Assembly (NCBI GenBank): GCA_013265495.1
Contig: MU058059.1
Location: forward strand, 4,193,502-4,257,501
Origin: Vicugna vicugna
Taxonomy: Eukaryota
DNA: 64,000 bases
Reading direction: 5' to 3'
Numbering within the stretch: position 1 is the stretch's first letter; each line of letters opens with the position of its first letter. Shown here one piece after another: positions 36,991 through 48,865 of this stretch. The notes beneath the pieces were generated by a model that saw only the letters and a program-made list of their open reading frames with translations, had not been told where the DNA came from and ran no database searches. Both the position numbers and the translations under genes were made by a program.

Positions 36991-39900
36991 AGCCAGCACT
37001 GCACGTGTCACCGACATCTTCTAATTAAAAATTAGCCCCTGTGTGAAAGTCAAATGTAAGTTGTCATCCCAAAAGGTTATTTTGTGTGAATCTGGCAAAG
37101 ACAGGGTGGGGGGGCCTGTTTAAGAGAAACAATAGCCCATGAAGTGAAGCCTGATTCTAGCAAGTGAGTCCATCAGAAATCAGTCTTGTCCGGACTTTGA
37201 AGTCAGCCAACCTCAAACCTGAAATACACTGACTCAGAAGAGCTACAGACGCAGATCAGAGAAGCCGAGCTCTTCCAGAGGGGAAGCCAACCTGAAAGTG
37301 AGCGAGGAGGGACGGCTCCTCCCCTGTGCCCTTTAGCCACCCGCTCAGCACAGAGCGCAGGGCAGCGGGTGCCCGTGAACCCGACCCTGCGGGCAGACTT
37401 CCTGTCCTGCCCAGGACCCGCACCAAGGCTCAACACAGGAGGAAACCAGGACTCCAAGAATTTAAGGAACTTGCCCGAGACGGTGCCCTGAGCAAACGGC
37501 AGTGCTGATTCACGTCCTGGGGGCAGACAGCCTGTCCCCTCTGCCTCACTGGGTCCAACTGCCCATTGCAAGGTTGACAGGGCAGCAGTAAATGTTTGTC
37601 AAATGAATAAACAAAAGAGGAGTCATTTGAAGAGTGAATCAGCAAACTGATATGAGTTCATGTGCACCGCCTCCTTGTCATGACACACAGCATGGACATA
37701 AACACCAGGCGGGCTCACGCTGCACAGCCAAACACAGCAAAAAGCTCGGGACTTCGGAAAGCCTCTCTTTACTCATCTAGTAAGATGACCCGACGTTTCC
37801 TGAGCTGAGAATTATACGTGCTGCTTGAAGGTCCCTCTGGCTCACTGAATAGCTTGTTTGCCAAATTCAAAATGACCATCTCCCCAAAAAAACAGATAAA
37901 ATTAACCAAAAGACCTACACTTAATTTATTCAAAAATTCAAGACACCAGCCTCTGATCATTTTGTTAGCAGCCCCCTTTGGTTGCGAGCTGGTATTGACA
38001 ATAAAACCCTTCCCCTGAGTAATCTGCTCAATTAAATATTTTCTTATTTTGTGCTTTATTATGACATAATGAAACGGTCATCGTAAGCCTAATGGTATAA
38101 AGACTAACGATGTTTTTAACAGAAACCAGATGCCCTCAGTTTAAATATCTGCTACTATTTCCTCCCCAACGTCTAAACATGTCTTTACAAGTTGCAGACC
38201 AGATCTCTGTGCCTCTTCATGTTGGCAAATGGACTTTTTCTTTTCTCGAGGTGTCTTCAGTGATTCCAGTAAAGTGCGTCCCAGTCAGAACCTCAGGATC
38301 AGGCTCTTGGCGATTACTTTACACACACACGTGCCCACGCAGAGCACGCGCACACTCTACCCTATGATGCTCACAATTTCCTCTTACAAAGCGCCCATGT
38401 TGAGAGCTGGAGAGGACAAAACGTTTCTCCCTGGCATCGCAGAATAGACAGAGTGAAAGACAACAGTTCATCAAAACTCTACCCAGTCTGCTAGAACGTC
38501 CACCTGCTCACAACTGCCACGAGAGCACCAGGGAGCCTCCCCTCCCGTGCTCCCCTTTCTGATTCATCTCCTCTCGAATGTTGACAGATCCCAATAATGG
38601 GAACAAATATATTCTTAATAACTTTTGAGTGTAAACACAAGCAAATGCCACAAAAGCACTGCTCCTTGCTCAAAATAACACAGCAAAGTGTATTGGGGGA
38701 AAAAAAGATATTTCACAGACCCCTTCATAACAGGAGGATAAAATCTTCTCCCCAAAACCACGTCTCTGCTCGCTTAGTGTGTGTGTGAGACATACACATT
38801 TCACACGTGTGCTGATTCAATGACGATGCTTCCAAGACACCTTTGCTGTAGGTCAGTGGCTAATACTGCCCAGCAAGCACTGCAGTTTTGAAATTTGAAG
38901 GCTTCCTTTTCCAGTAACCCCCAATAAGGAAATGACTCTCTCCCCAAAAGAATGGAGAAGACCCTCTTATCCACCCCAGCCTGTAGGAGAGACACAGATG
39001 AGGACCACGTGCTGGCAGGACCATGCAAGGAGACACCAGCGATTTCCAGCAAATCCCAAACTTCACAATGTAGCTAGATGTGTGTCTCCCCCCAGACCGT
39101 GGACACTTGACCCACAACGGTAGCTCTATCATTTAGGGAAAGCACACGGAAGGATGGAAAACCTTCTGTTGAAACTAACTGAAAAAGACTCCAGATTCTG
39201 ACCATTCACAAAATCAAAATCTAAGAACGTCTGACCAGGTGCACAGAACGAGGCGGTCTATCCCATCTTTGGGAGAAGGGCCCCCTGGACACATGGCCAG
39301 GCCGGGGGGTTGGGGTAGAACAGGACACCAGGAGTCTGGGCTTGGCTGTGACCTCTCACCACTCCTTGACTGGAGGAGAGCAAATTCGTCCCAGCCCCTT
39401 GCTATGCTCCGTTCCTCGTCCATTAAGTGGGTTTACAACCCAGTGGGTTTTTTTCATTCCAGAATGGAGGTCCTGCCTTTTCAATAAATCACTGTTCCAT
39501 CCTCTAATTAAATGAGTTATTGTGCAGGAATGCTTACGACAGTACCCTGCATGAGGGAATGTGACATATTATTAACGTCCTCAGTTCCAGCACCTCTGCA
39601 GGTTTTGTCCCGAGTCGGGTCCAGGTCAAGGAGGCGCTGCCTGACTCACAGTCAGGCTTCCAGGGCAGATCCGGCTAATCAGTACTTCCTTCACGGTGCT
39701 GCCTTCTCCCTCTGGCTTCTCATTTTCTACAACATCCTGGATCACGTCCATCCGTCCATCCTCGTGAACCCATCACGGGAAGAGGCTCCATGGGCATCTG
39801 TCATTTGTGTCAACCATGGGGCCCTCATTCAAATAATCTTAAACCTCCTCCGTTATAATGAGGAGAGACCTTCAGACACTTTGTTCTATGCTAAGTACTC

Positions 39901-41444
39901 TGGGTTTTGTGTTTCTTCCCCCTAACATTGACATAACTAATTGCATCACCAGTATTTTCCCTCCATCAAGCTTGACTCCAAATGCTATCAGATCAGATCC
40001 ATCTTAAGAGGACAATGATTTGCCACGATTCAGCCTACTGAAGGCAAACTCTAAAGGCACCTGCAAAGGAGTAATTTGAGACCAGTTCAAAGAAAGGACG
40101 GCATCACTGGAATAAGTCTACGGCTTCCAAAGATAACCTCTTTGAAAGAGTCACCGTTCAATGGGATACGGAAGAGCCAATGTGTTTGGGAGGCCATGGC
40201 AGCGAAGGACCATGTTTTCTTCTGATTTTTCTCCTCCACAAACATACTGTTTTGTGAAGGACAGTCTTTCAATTATTAGTCGTTGAAAGAAACAGTCACA
40301 CTTAGTAAGATGAATTTTCTATGTACTATACACATATGTCATCCGTGGGCACCAGTGCAAATTAAAACACCGCCTGTACACACACCCATATTACCTCTCC
40401 AGACCCTTGTGCGCGGGACCTGTAATCCATCAGCCAACAAGCGTTCAGGAGACCAGGTCTCCCGCCTCCCTTGTACACCCCCCGGAACTCCGTTGCCCTG
40501 GGCATGAGGCAGACAACACAGGGCTTAAGACCGGGGCCACCTACACCACACCTGCGTGTCCTAAGACTGGTTCTCAGCCCTGCCTGGAACTCGGGCTTCG
40601 TCTGTAACACGAGGATTTCTGACAATAGGTTTTAATAATAATAGCAGCTCCCTCAAAAGGTTGTTGCAGGAGCTGAAGTAACTGATGCACGTGAGTGGTA
40701 ACCCCTTCTCAGGAGGCAGCGCCGCCGGCTCTCGGGTAACAGGTGACTGACTTAAGGCAAATACTCTTTAACAAGAAGTCCTGCCAATCACACAATTCTT
40801 GGCCGATACTCAAAGAGCACTAGGAAGAGTCCTGAGGGTAGGCCTTGCCACGGGACTGAGATGTCTAAACTGAGCGCAGTCTGACGTTCAAAGTGACAAT
40901 GCTGTGCTTCAAAATAACAGACATATTCTCATCAGCCAGCAAACCCGGAGCACTTGCTGCAGCCTCGTCCACATCTCCCACCATCCTGGCCGACGCGGTG
41001 TGCTCGACACAAGTAAGTGTCTCGTTACGCGTCTGGTTAAAGAACTTACCATCTCACCAACGTGGACTGTTTGGGCCCCTGGAAGTTACCTGCACATTAG
41101 CTGCTACCTAACAGAGTGAAGTCTCAATTTAAACGCAAAGCGCGCTGCCGAATGAACAGCAGGAAGAGACTTGCCCCCTTCCCGCAGCAGCACAGGCTTA
41201 AATAAAATGCCTGAGGTTGTCAGGAAAAGCATTACATTTTGATTTCTTCCATTACTCATAATCCTCCAATCCCCCCAAAATCGAAAACAGCAAAATCCCA
41301 CAGCCTGTTCTGCCCCGAGCCTGTCTCCAGAGGACAGGTGTGTGCAGTCAACTGTTTCCTGACGTCCGCTGTCACGGAGGCTGAGGGGTCACAGGCCTGG
41401 AGCTGCCTTTGTGCATGCTGCTAGAACTCTGACTCAGGGAGTAA

Positions 41445-41570
41445 ATGCATTCATTCATTCCACAAATATTTACTGACTGCTTGCTGGATGCCAGACCCTG
41501 TCCCAGGTCCTAGAAACACAGCAGTAAACAAAACAGCAAACTCCTGGCCATCCTCAAGTTCACGCAGAAG
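41445..41570 (-). mobile_element. LINE-2 3' end remnant
   Basis: cattcattcattccacaaatatttactgactgcttgctggatgccagaccctgtcccaggtcct..cagcagtaaacaaaacag, the reverse complement of a typical L2 tail. Confidence 0.75.
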
Positions 41571-41879
41571 GAAGTCAGGAAACAAGTGAATTAAAGCGGG
41601 GCTCCGGCTCAGCCTCAGGGAGACTCTAAGCAGCCGAGGGCGCAGCCTTCAGGGCCACCCCTCTCCTTCTCCAACGCATCTACAGCAAAGACAGGGCTTT
41701 CAACCCGAGGCTCCTTGCCCACGGAGGATGCGGAGGATGCTGGGAGAGGGCTGGGTGCTGCAGAGAAGCCCGGGCCCGGGCGGGGGCTCCGCTGCGACCA
41801 CCCTGGGAGCCCGGGGACGTGTCCAGACTGTCGGCATGTCACAGATACTCATTTTTTTCAGTCTTTAAAAAAAAAAAAC

Positions 41880-42017
41880 TTTTTTACCTTTATTATTTTG
41901 CTTTTGGGGGGGAATTAGGTTTATTTATTCATTTGGTAATTCAGTGGAGGTACTGGAACTGAACCAGGGGCTTGCGCGTGCTGCGCACGCGCTCACCACT
42001 GGGCTATGCGCCACCCC
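41880..42017 (-). mobile_element. tRNA-derived SINE, camelid Vic-1-like (GC-drifted copy)
   Basis: Minus strand reads ggggtggcgcatagcccagtggtgagcgcgtgcgcagcacgcgcaagccc..ggttcagttccagtacctcc..aaacctaattcccc; approximate TSD cagRtRctcattttt. Confidence 0.8.
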
Positions 42018-42829
42018 GCAGCAGGTGCTCATTTTTAAAGCACTTAATCCTGAATGTGTATGAAACCTGCTCCCTGTGAAACCTGAACTCCCAGCCATGA
42101 ATCGGGAGCTGCCTGCGTGTTATAGCGTTGGCTCTGAGGCCAGAAGCTACTCTGTTTTAAACGTCCCGGTCATGCTGAGTCCTAGGGGTGAGGCTGGGGC
42201 GGGCGGGGCCCCTACACAGCAGATTTGGGGTTCGAGGGGGGTCTGCACAAACTCGCAGTGTGCATGAAGGGTCCCCGGGCCCGAGGGGCTGCTGTTTAGT
42301 CTGTGACTGCAGGGCAAGAGCAGCCTCTGCGGCCGTGACCGTGGGCTGAACGGTCACAAGACATGCAGCCGGTCTAACAGCCGAGGGAGGAGGGGGAGGC
42401 GGGCTCCTCACTGCTGCCCTGTGTCCACCGGCCTCTGCTTCTTTTCCTGAAGAGTCACCGCGCGTGCTGGCAGCGCGGCCACCGGTCCTCCCGGGGTCAC
42501 TCCACAGGGTGGGTCAGACCCAGCCTCCTTTCCTCTCATGAAATTGCACGGCCGTCACACTCTCCTAAGGCCCTGGGCACGGACCTTATTTCTCATAACA
42601 GTATAGTTTGGGAAGAAATACTCAGTTAGCTCAGTGTGGCTTAACTTCTGCCTCTGTGGAAGGACGCCACCTGTGCGCGCGTACAGACCGTGCTTTGCGG
42701 TCCGAGCCCCAGCAAACGCGCCACGGTTCCTGCGCCTCCAGGTTCTCGGACAGCAGCAGGAAAGGGATCTTAGGTTCGCAGGAACACGCTGGGGAAACCA
42801 CAGCTCCCCCACTCTCAGCGCTTGACTGG

Positions 42830-43262
42830 GGCGCACGTGACAGGGCCCGGCCGACCCCCGAGCCCGCGAGCCGGTGGCGGCCTCGCGCGGGTCCCGGGCG
42901 GCGGGGCTGAGGCAACCTTGCATCGTCGCCCTGGTCGGTTCGGAGAAGAGCGGGATGAGCAGGAGGTAGATGAGGTAGACGAAGGAGAAGCCATTGTAGC
43001 GGAAGGCGCAGGCTGCGGGGAGAGAGAGAGGCGTCAGTGCGGCCGCGCGGCGGTGTGCGCCCCGCCCGGCCCGCCCGCCCCGCCCGGCGGGACCCAGGCC
43101 GCTCCGTGGGCAGCGCGGCAGCCACGCGCGGGCCCCGCCCCGGGAGTCCAGCCGAGCCCGGTCCATCCCCGAAGGCCAGAACAGGTCACGGATCAACCGG
43201 GCAGCTTAAAACGGCCGCGGAAACAGGGCAGCGGGGCGGCGCGGGCTTGAGGCGTCCGGGTC
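42830..43262. promoter_or_regulatory. CpG island over PIEZO2 exon 2
   Basis: Very high GC and dense CpG, with several ccccgccc/ccgccc GC boxes at 43060-43140. Confidence 0.75.
42917..43012 (-). CDS. PIEZO2: PIEZO2 coding exon 2 (96 nt, phase 1-1), N-terminal transmembrane blade region
   Basis: Minus-strand translation (A)CAFRYNGFSFVYLIYLLLIPLFSEPTRATMQ(G) matches the recalled mammalian PIEZO2 N-terminus. Acceptor cactgacgcctctctctccccgcag has a branch point, pyrimidine tract and AG (43014-43013). Donor AAG|gttgcc has GT at 42916-42915. Confidence 0.96.
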
Positions 43263-46200
43263 AGGCTGTGGATGGAAGAGATAAGGCCGCAGGGGAAGGA
43301 AAGGGAAGAAGAGTATCTCTCCGGTGCTCTCTGGCCGCACTGACCCCAGTCACCTCACTCGTCCCCGTTTTGTAAGGAAGGGGTCTCAGGCTCAGAGACG
43401 CACTGGCCCACCTGGGCCCCCAGCTAGGAGCTGGCTCAGGCCCCTTCCTCTGTGTCCCTCGTCTCAAGGGAAGCAGGGAAGCCCAGGGACGTGCTCCCTG
43501 CCTGCCCCCAACCTCCCCTTTCCTCATCTGAGAAGTGGGTATAATAACGGCCTCCAACTCGGGGGCTCATTATGAGGAGCAAAGGTCTGAAAGGCTTGGC
43601 GAGCAGTCCTACACCCAGGACGCCCTCAAAACCACGGGCAGTTGTGAGCAGCCTCGTTCCCAGACGGGAGAAGACGCCGTGCCCGTTCCTCGAAGGGAAA
43701 AATGAGCACCTTATAGCGGCTAAAAACCATGTACTGAACAGCCAAGACCCGGAACTTCAGGAGCGGCAGGCAGAATAAAAAGGCGTTTTGTACAACGAGT
43801 GTGGAGAGATGTGGAGAGAGATGACCAGGTGAGGACAAGGGTCCCCGCCACGGAGGAAAGTAAGACATTCAAGGACAAAGTGATAAGTTCACCTGGAGAC
43901 TCATTCACGGACTCAGATGGGGGGACTCAGCCCTGCCGGACACACTCAAGGGGCAGCGGGAGCGGAGGCGGGGGGGGGGAATCCCCAGAGACAAGAGCAG
44001 TAAGGAGGATGGAAGACGGGGCCCCGCCCTGGCCGCTGCCTCCGCGTGGGGCCAGGTGGGGAGGGGAAAACTGGCAGGTGCGAAGTTTAAAAGTAGCAGA
44101 GAATTTAGGACAGAGCAGAGCAAAGCGGGGGAAGTTCATTTTCTCCGCAAAGGAACTTCAGCACGACAGAGGGAGGGCTTTGTCCTGGACCCTCGGGAAG
44201 GACTTCGGGACCGTGGAGGAGGGATGGGGTCTCAGGCTGAAGAGCCCGGGCACCTGCCTGCTGTCGGTTTCCGTCAGCAGCAGCTCAGGCCAGAGCTGGG
44301 CCTGCGTCAAGCCCTCCGTGTGCCCTGCACGTACTAACCCTGACTCCCTGCTTCCACGATGCTGTCATTTCCCCCTCTCTCCGGGGGAGAAGCAGCACGG
44401 ACAGGGGGCACGACTGTGGGGGGCCTGGCGGGGCCCCTCCTCTCCTGTCGGCCTCATCCCCGGGCCACTGTCAAGGGCTCGGGGACCAGAGCCTTCCTCC
44501 CACAGTGTTTGTGTGTCCATGTTGGATTTACAACCTCGTTCTGTAAGGCTCCACACCATGCCTGGTAGGGATGTGCACCCCGAGGAAATCCCGGGGACTC
44601 ACTGTGGGGAACGAGGGGGAGAGACCACTGTGGGGTTCTCCCGGTACCACCTTTATTATCCTTATCTCTAACAAAGTCCAAGATGCTCGAGAAGGGGCAA
44701 GGCGGAGCCAGGGTGTGGGCGGCCTCTACACGGTCCCCACGTGTGACCCCTAAGTGTGGGCTGGACCCCGGGACACACTGCCAGTGACCAGTGACGCTGA
44801 AAGTGCTGGGAGACCTTGGTGGCTTCCTCCCTGGTGCCTTGCTCCCTGAGAAGCACCTGCCAGTCTGTGAGCTGTCCCAGGGAAGGACCACGTGGGAAGG
44901 CGCCGAGGTCTCCAGCCAGGAGCCAGCCTCCAGCAGCCTTCGGGCATGTGAGTAGTTTCAGGGTGTCTTCGTGCTAACGTGCATTGTGCAGCAAAATGAC
45001 CGCGTTCAGCGAGTTCCTGGTAAAGAGAAAGCAGAGCTCACGTGCATGACTGTTAGCACTAAAGATCCTCCCAAGACTGCATCCTGTCCAGCCTTGACTG
45101 CAGCCGGGAGAGCCTCACAGGGCCCCTGGCTCCCAGAAACTCGGAGATGGAGTTTGCTGCTGCAAGCTGCTGAGTGTTTGGGAAATTCATCTGGAGCTGT
45201 AGGTGGTGAATACCCAAACGTAAAGAAAAAAATCAAGCCACTTATAAAAATCCACTGCCATTTATTTTGGCCCGAAATTATCCAGTTTGATAGATCACAG
45301 TGCCCTAATTGCTGAGTTTTCTGCTTGACTTTACGTGTGAGGCTGTACCCAGGAATCACTGAGCTCACAGAGACTCGGAATGCCATCTCCAAGGGAGTCA
45401 CCCCATCCAGGGCAAAATGTGCCTGAGAGCTTGCCAATAAGGTGCCTTCGAGCTGGACAACCTCACAGGCAAAGGATGCTCTTCTGCCCAGCGTGATGCT
45501 TTTTCCGGGACCTGCAGCCACCAGAGCCCACAAAGAGCTCTTCCTAACGGGCGTCAGCGTCTGGTACCCACGCCTCTCCTGGGCCGTCCCGGCTCCTGGA
45601 CCTCCGTGCTCTGCATCCAGGAGTTTACTGCTGACAGACAGTTTTTAAAAATGCAGTTCAAGTTTCTAAGGGAAAAGAGTCTTCGCTTTAGCTAAGAAAG
45701 CAGCACTGTCTCTCCCACCATCCCCGCCTGGTAGTAACCATCCACAGTTATACGAAAGTTTCCCCACAGGAGTGAGAACAGGAACCCGCCAGAGAGAAGA
45801 CCTTCCGGGCCTACGGACTCCCAGTCAGACCCTGGCAGGGAAGGGGTTGCCCGGGGAAGTGCGCACAGACAGCACGGCCGTGGGGCCGCGAGCAGGGGGC
45901 TGGTCTCACTGCAAAGCTCATTCTCTAAAGGTGAAAAGCGGTGACACACTTCAGGCAAAACTCTCCAAGGAGGAGAAACTGACGACTTCACGTTTAATCA
46001 GTAGAGAAAAGGGGAAAACCTCTTGCAAATACGACATTTTAAGATGGCCGCGTGACATTCATCAAGACACCTGCGTTACCGTCCACAACGGCCGCGATGT
46101 TAGACGTTACTAAAGGCAGGAGCCCTCAGAGCTGGATTTGTAGCAAGATGTGCTGCTTTGTCCACACCCTTTATTCAGCAAGGCCTAACAGCTCCTTGCT

Positions 46201-48564
46201 CCGAACGGCCTTCGAGCGGGCAGGCCCCAAGTTCAGAACGCCCACGCCAACTGAGCGCGTTGTCAGTGCCCTTCACGGCCCTGAGGTACTTCGTCTGTCT
46301 TTACAGCTGCCAGAGACACAAACTGCTCAGAATAAGCAACTTCAGGACCAGGAGACACCACAGGCCTGTCCACTCAGGGATTCTAGAATGTTTCGGCTGT
46401 TCATACTTTAAATACTTGTCCTTCCCACTCTGAGGCACCTGATGGCTTTGGAAAGGATGCCCCTTCAAACGACGCTTATGTTATAAAAGCAGCACAGACA
46501 AGAGACACAGCTGCACAGGGCTTACAGCGCGGCAGGAAGACACTCAACAATGGGAAGTTTTTCCGAAGGAAGCGAAGCCATCAGAGCAGAGAGACAGGAA
46601 AGGGCCGCTAAGTCACCGTACGCATTGTCTGTCTGGCGCAGGACGCCGTCCCCCGTGACCCACTCCTGAGCTCTACACCCGGTTCAACGTGCAAATGTCT
46701 CAGGCGGTGACGCGTCAGAGCGGCCGCCAGTCCGGACACGACCGCCCTCCTCCCTCGTCCTGTGCCTCTGGCCCCCACACCCATCCCGTCCCGAGGGCTT
46801 CCTTCAGAAAGCGGCAGAAGTCACTTCCTCAAGAGAGATGACAGCAGACCGTCCCTCCGGCTACGTTCAGAAAGGCGGACCGCTGCTCACCGCACACCAG
46901 GGGAGCGTTCACACCCGGGCGAAATTCCCTTCCAGCGAGGAGACGCTGTGCTGCCACGTGGAGAGAGCTCCCTGCGTTTTCACCCCGAGAGGAACACAGG
47001 CTGACTCTGCGCCGAGGGGCACACTGAACCCATCAGTCGTGGTTCTCACGCTTCCAGAAGCAGAAATGTCTCATCGCAAAGAAGCCACGGGAATTACGTG
47101 ACAAGGCGCATCGGGGTGTTTGGGTAGCCAGTGGGCGACACGTACATGCACCACATCAGTGCGTGAACGTAACGCTGTGCGTCCGCTACACCTCAGAGAG
47201 GGTGGGGGACGTACTAGGCATACATATTGCACATCCAGTTCATTACACAGGCTGGCTAAAAAAAGTACTTTCAGAGTAAAGCCTCAAGGAAAACGCCTTC
47301 GACAGGGACTAGAACTTAGAATCGTATCAGCTGCAAGTCATAACTGCTACACAGCGTACCGAACTTCTTAAGCCACTCCGTGGGAAAGTAACGTGAAAGC
47401 AAGTGGTTTGTAAAGGATGTAAGCCTTTGGTCTGACTTTTCTGCTTTTTTCCACAACAAACTGGGGAACAGACTGTAAAATATGTCTTGACCAGACGGCC
47501 ACTGAAACCTTAGTCTGATTTTTTTGCCACGCGAGCTGAAAACTCCGTTGACTGTTTAATTATTAGAAAAAAGTAGGACTCTCTTTCCTGTTTTATTTAA
47601 TTTCGTATACGCCTGATCAGATATTCCTAACAGTATGGAAAGTTTACCTGAGTTTGCTAACCTCACCCTGACCGACCGCACAGTTTGCGTAAAATAAATT
47701 TAGAAGAATATACAGCGTTAACTTTTTCCTCCTTTAAAAATACCTTTTAATATATTTTTCACAATTTTACAAGTTTATCCATAGAAAGCGGTCGTATTTA
47801 AAATGCAAATCCTCGTGCTCAAGATGGGCCGGAAGAAGTTTTTTTTTTTTCATAGTAGCTCTTTCTTAATCTCTTAAAGAGGAGAGTTGGTGTTTGTGGC
47901 CTGGGACACCAAAAGTTACTTTGGTATTTACGTGGTATTTAATGGTATTTACTGATTTCCTGAGCTGTCACTCAGCAGCTTTCATACACACACTTATTCT
48001 CGGGTGAGGAAGGTACCTTTTAACTTAATCCCAACTCACTTTTCCGTAATTCACCAATTTACAAAACCGGCTCACTGTACCTCTCTGTGGTGCATCACTA
48101 GTAGAAGGCAGACTCACCTTTTAGGTTTTTTCATTATTAATCGCAATTAAGCCTTAATCTATAAAGAGTATTAATCTTCAATAATTTAAAACATTTTCCT
48201 CGGTAAAATTTTTAAAGTAAGTGAGCTGATTATCGCTCATGTTTACTTTACACTAAGTTTAGAATTGCAGTTTTTGATTCTTAATTAACTCGGCCTTAAT
48301 TAACTCCACCTTCCTTTTAATTAACACTACTTTTCTGTAATTTTCCCGGAAGTTAACTTATGTTCCTAATACATACAAACCCTACCATACCACTAGCTCC
48401 CTGCAGGTGAGTTTTACATCGTTGGTCCTCAGCAACCTACGAGAAGCGCTCAGGACCCTGATGAGAAAGCAAAGTTCCTTCCTGAATTTATGCTTACTTA
48501 GATTTTTAATGCCAAGTCTGATTCACAGATTTACCGTCTGTAAGATGCCATCAAGATTTCGCAT

Positions 48565-48865
48565 TTGGTACAAAACAGAAACAGACTCACAGACGTAGAA
48601 AACACACATATGGTTACCGAGGGGAAGGAGGCGGGAAGGGATAAATTGGGAGTTTGAGATTTGCAGATACTGACTACTATATATAAAATAGATGAACAAC
48701 AAACTTCTGTAAAGAGCAGGGAACTCTATTCAGTATCTTGTAGTAAGTGACAGTGAGAAAAACATGAAAACGAAAATATGTGTATATATACACACACGAC
48801 TGGGACATTGTGCTGAACACCAGAAATCAACACAACACTGTAGACTGACTAAACGTCCATAAAGT
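48565..48865 (+). mobile_element. 5'-truncated L1 3' UTR
   Basis: tacaaaacagaaacagactcacagac..gggaagggataaattgggagtttgagatttgcagatac..cacaacactgt. Confidence 0.88.

Larger units (their letters stand above)
6003..42916 (-). other. PIEZO2: PIEZO2 intron 2 (36,914 bp, GT-AG)
   Basis: Bounded by the exon 2 donor and exon 3 acceptor; the spliced reading frame is continuous (..TMQ-G-HTGR..). Confidence 0.92.

Noticed and set aside
42555..43196. 213-aa minus-strand ORF as a standalone gene
   Set aside because: Only the central 32 codons are PIEZO2 exon 2; the rest is read-through into GC-rich, stop-poor intron.
43799..44671. 290-aa ORF (similarly 49699-50523, 49290-49883, 53679-54329, 59468-60067, 60296-60913, 9339-10004)
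   Set aside because: No recognisable domains. They lie in GC-rich intron or overlap L1 sequence, and many have non-ATG starts.
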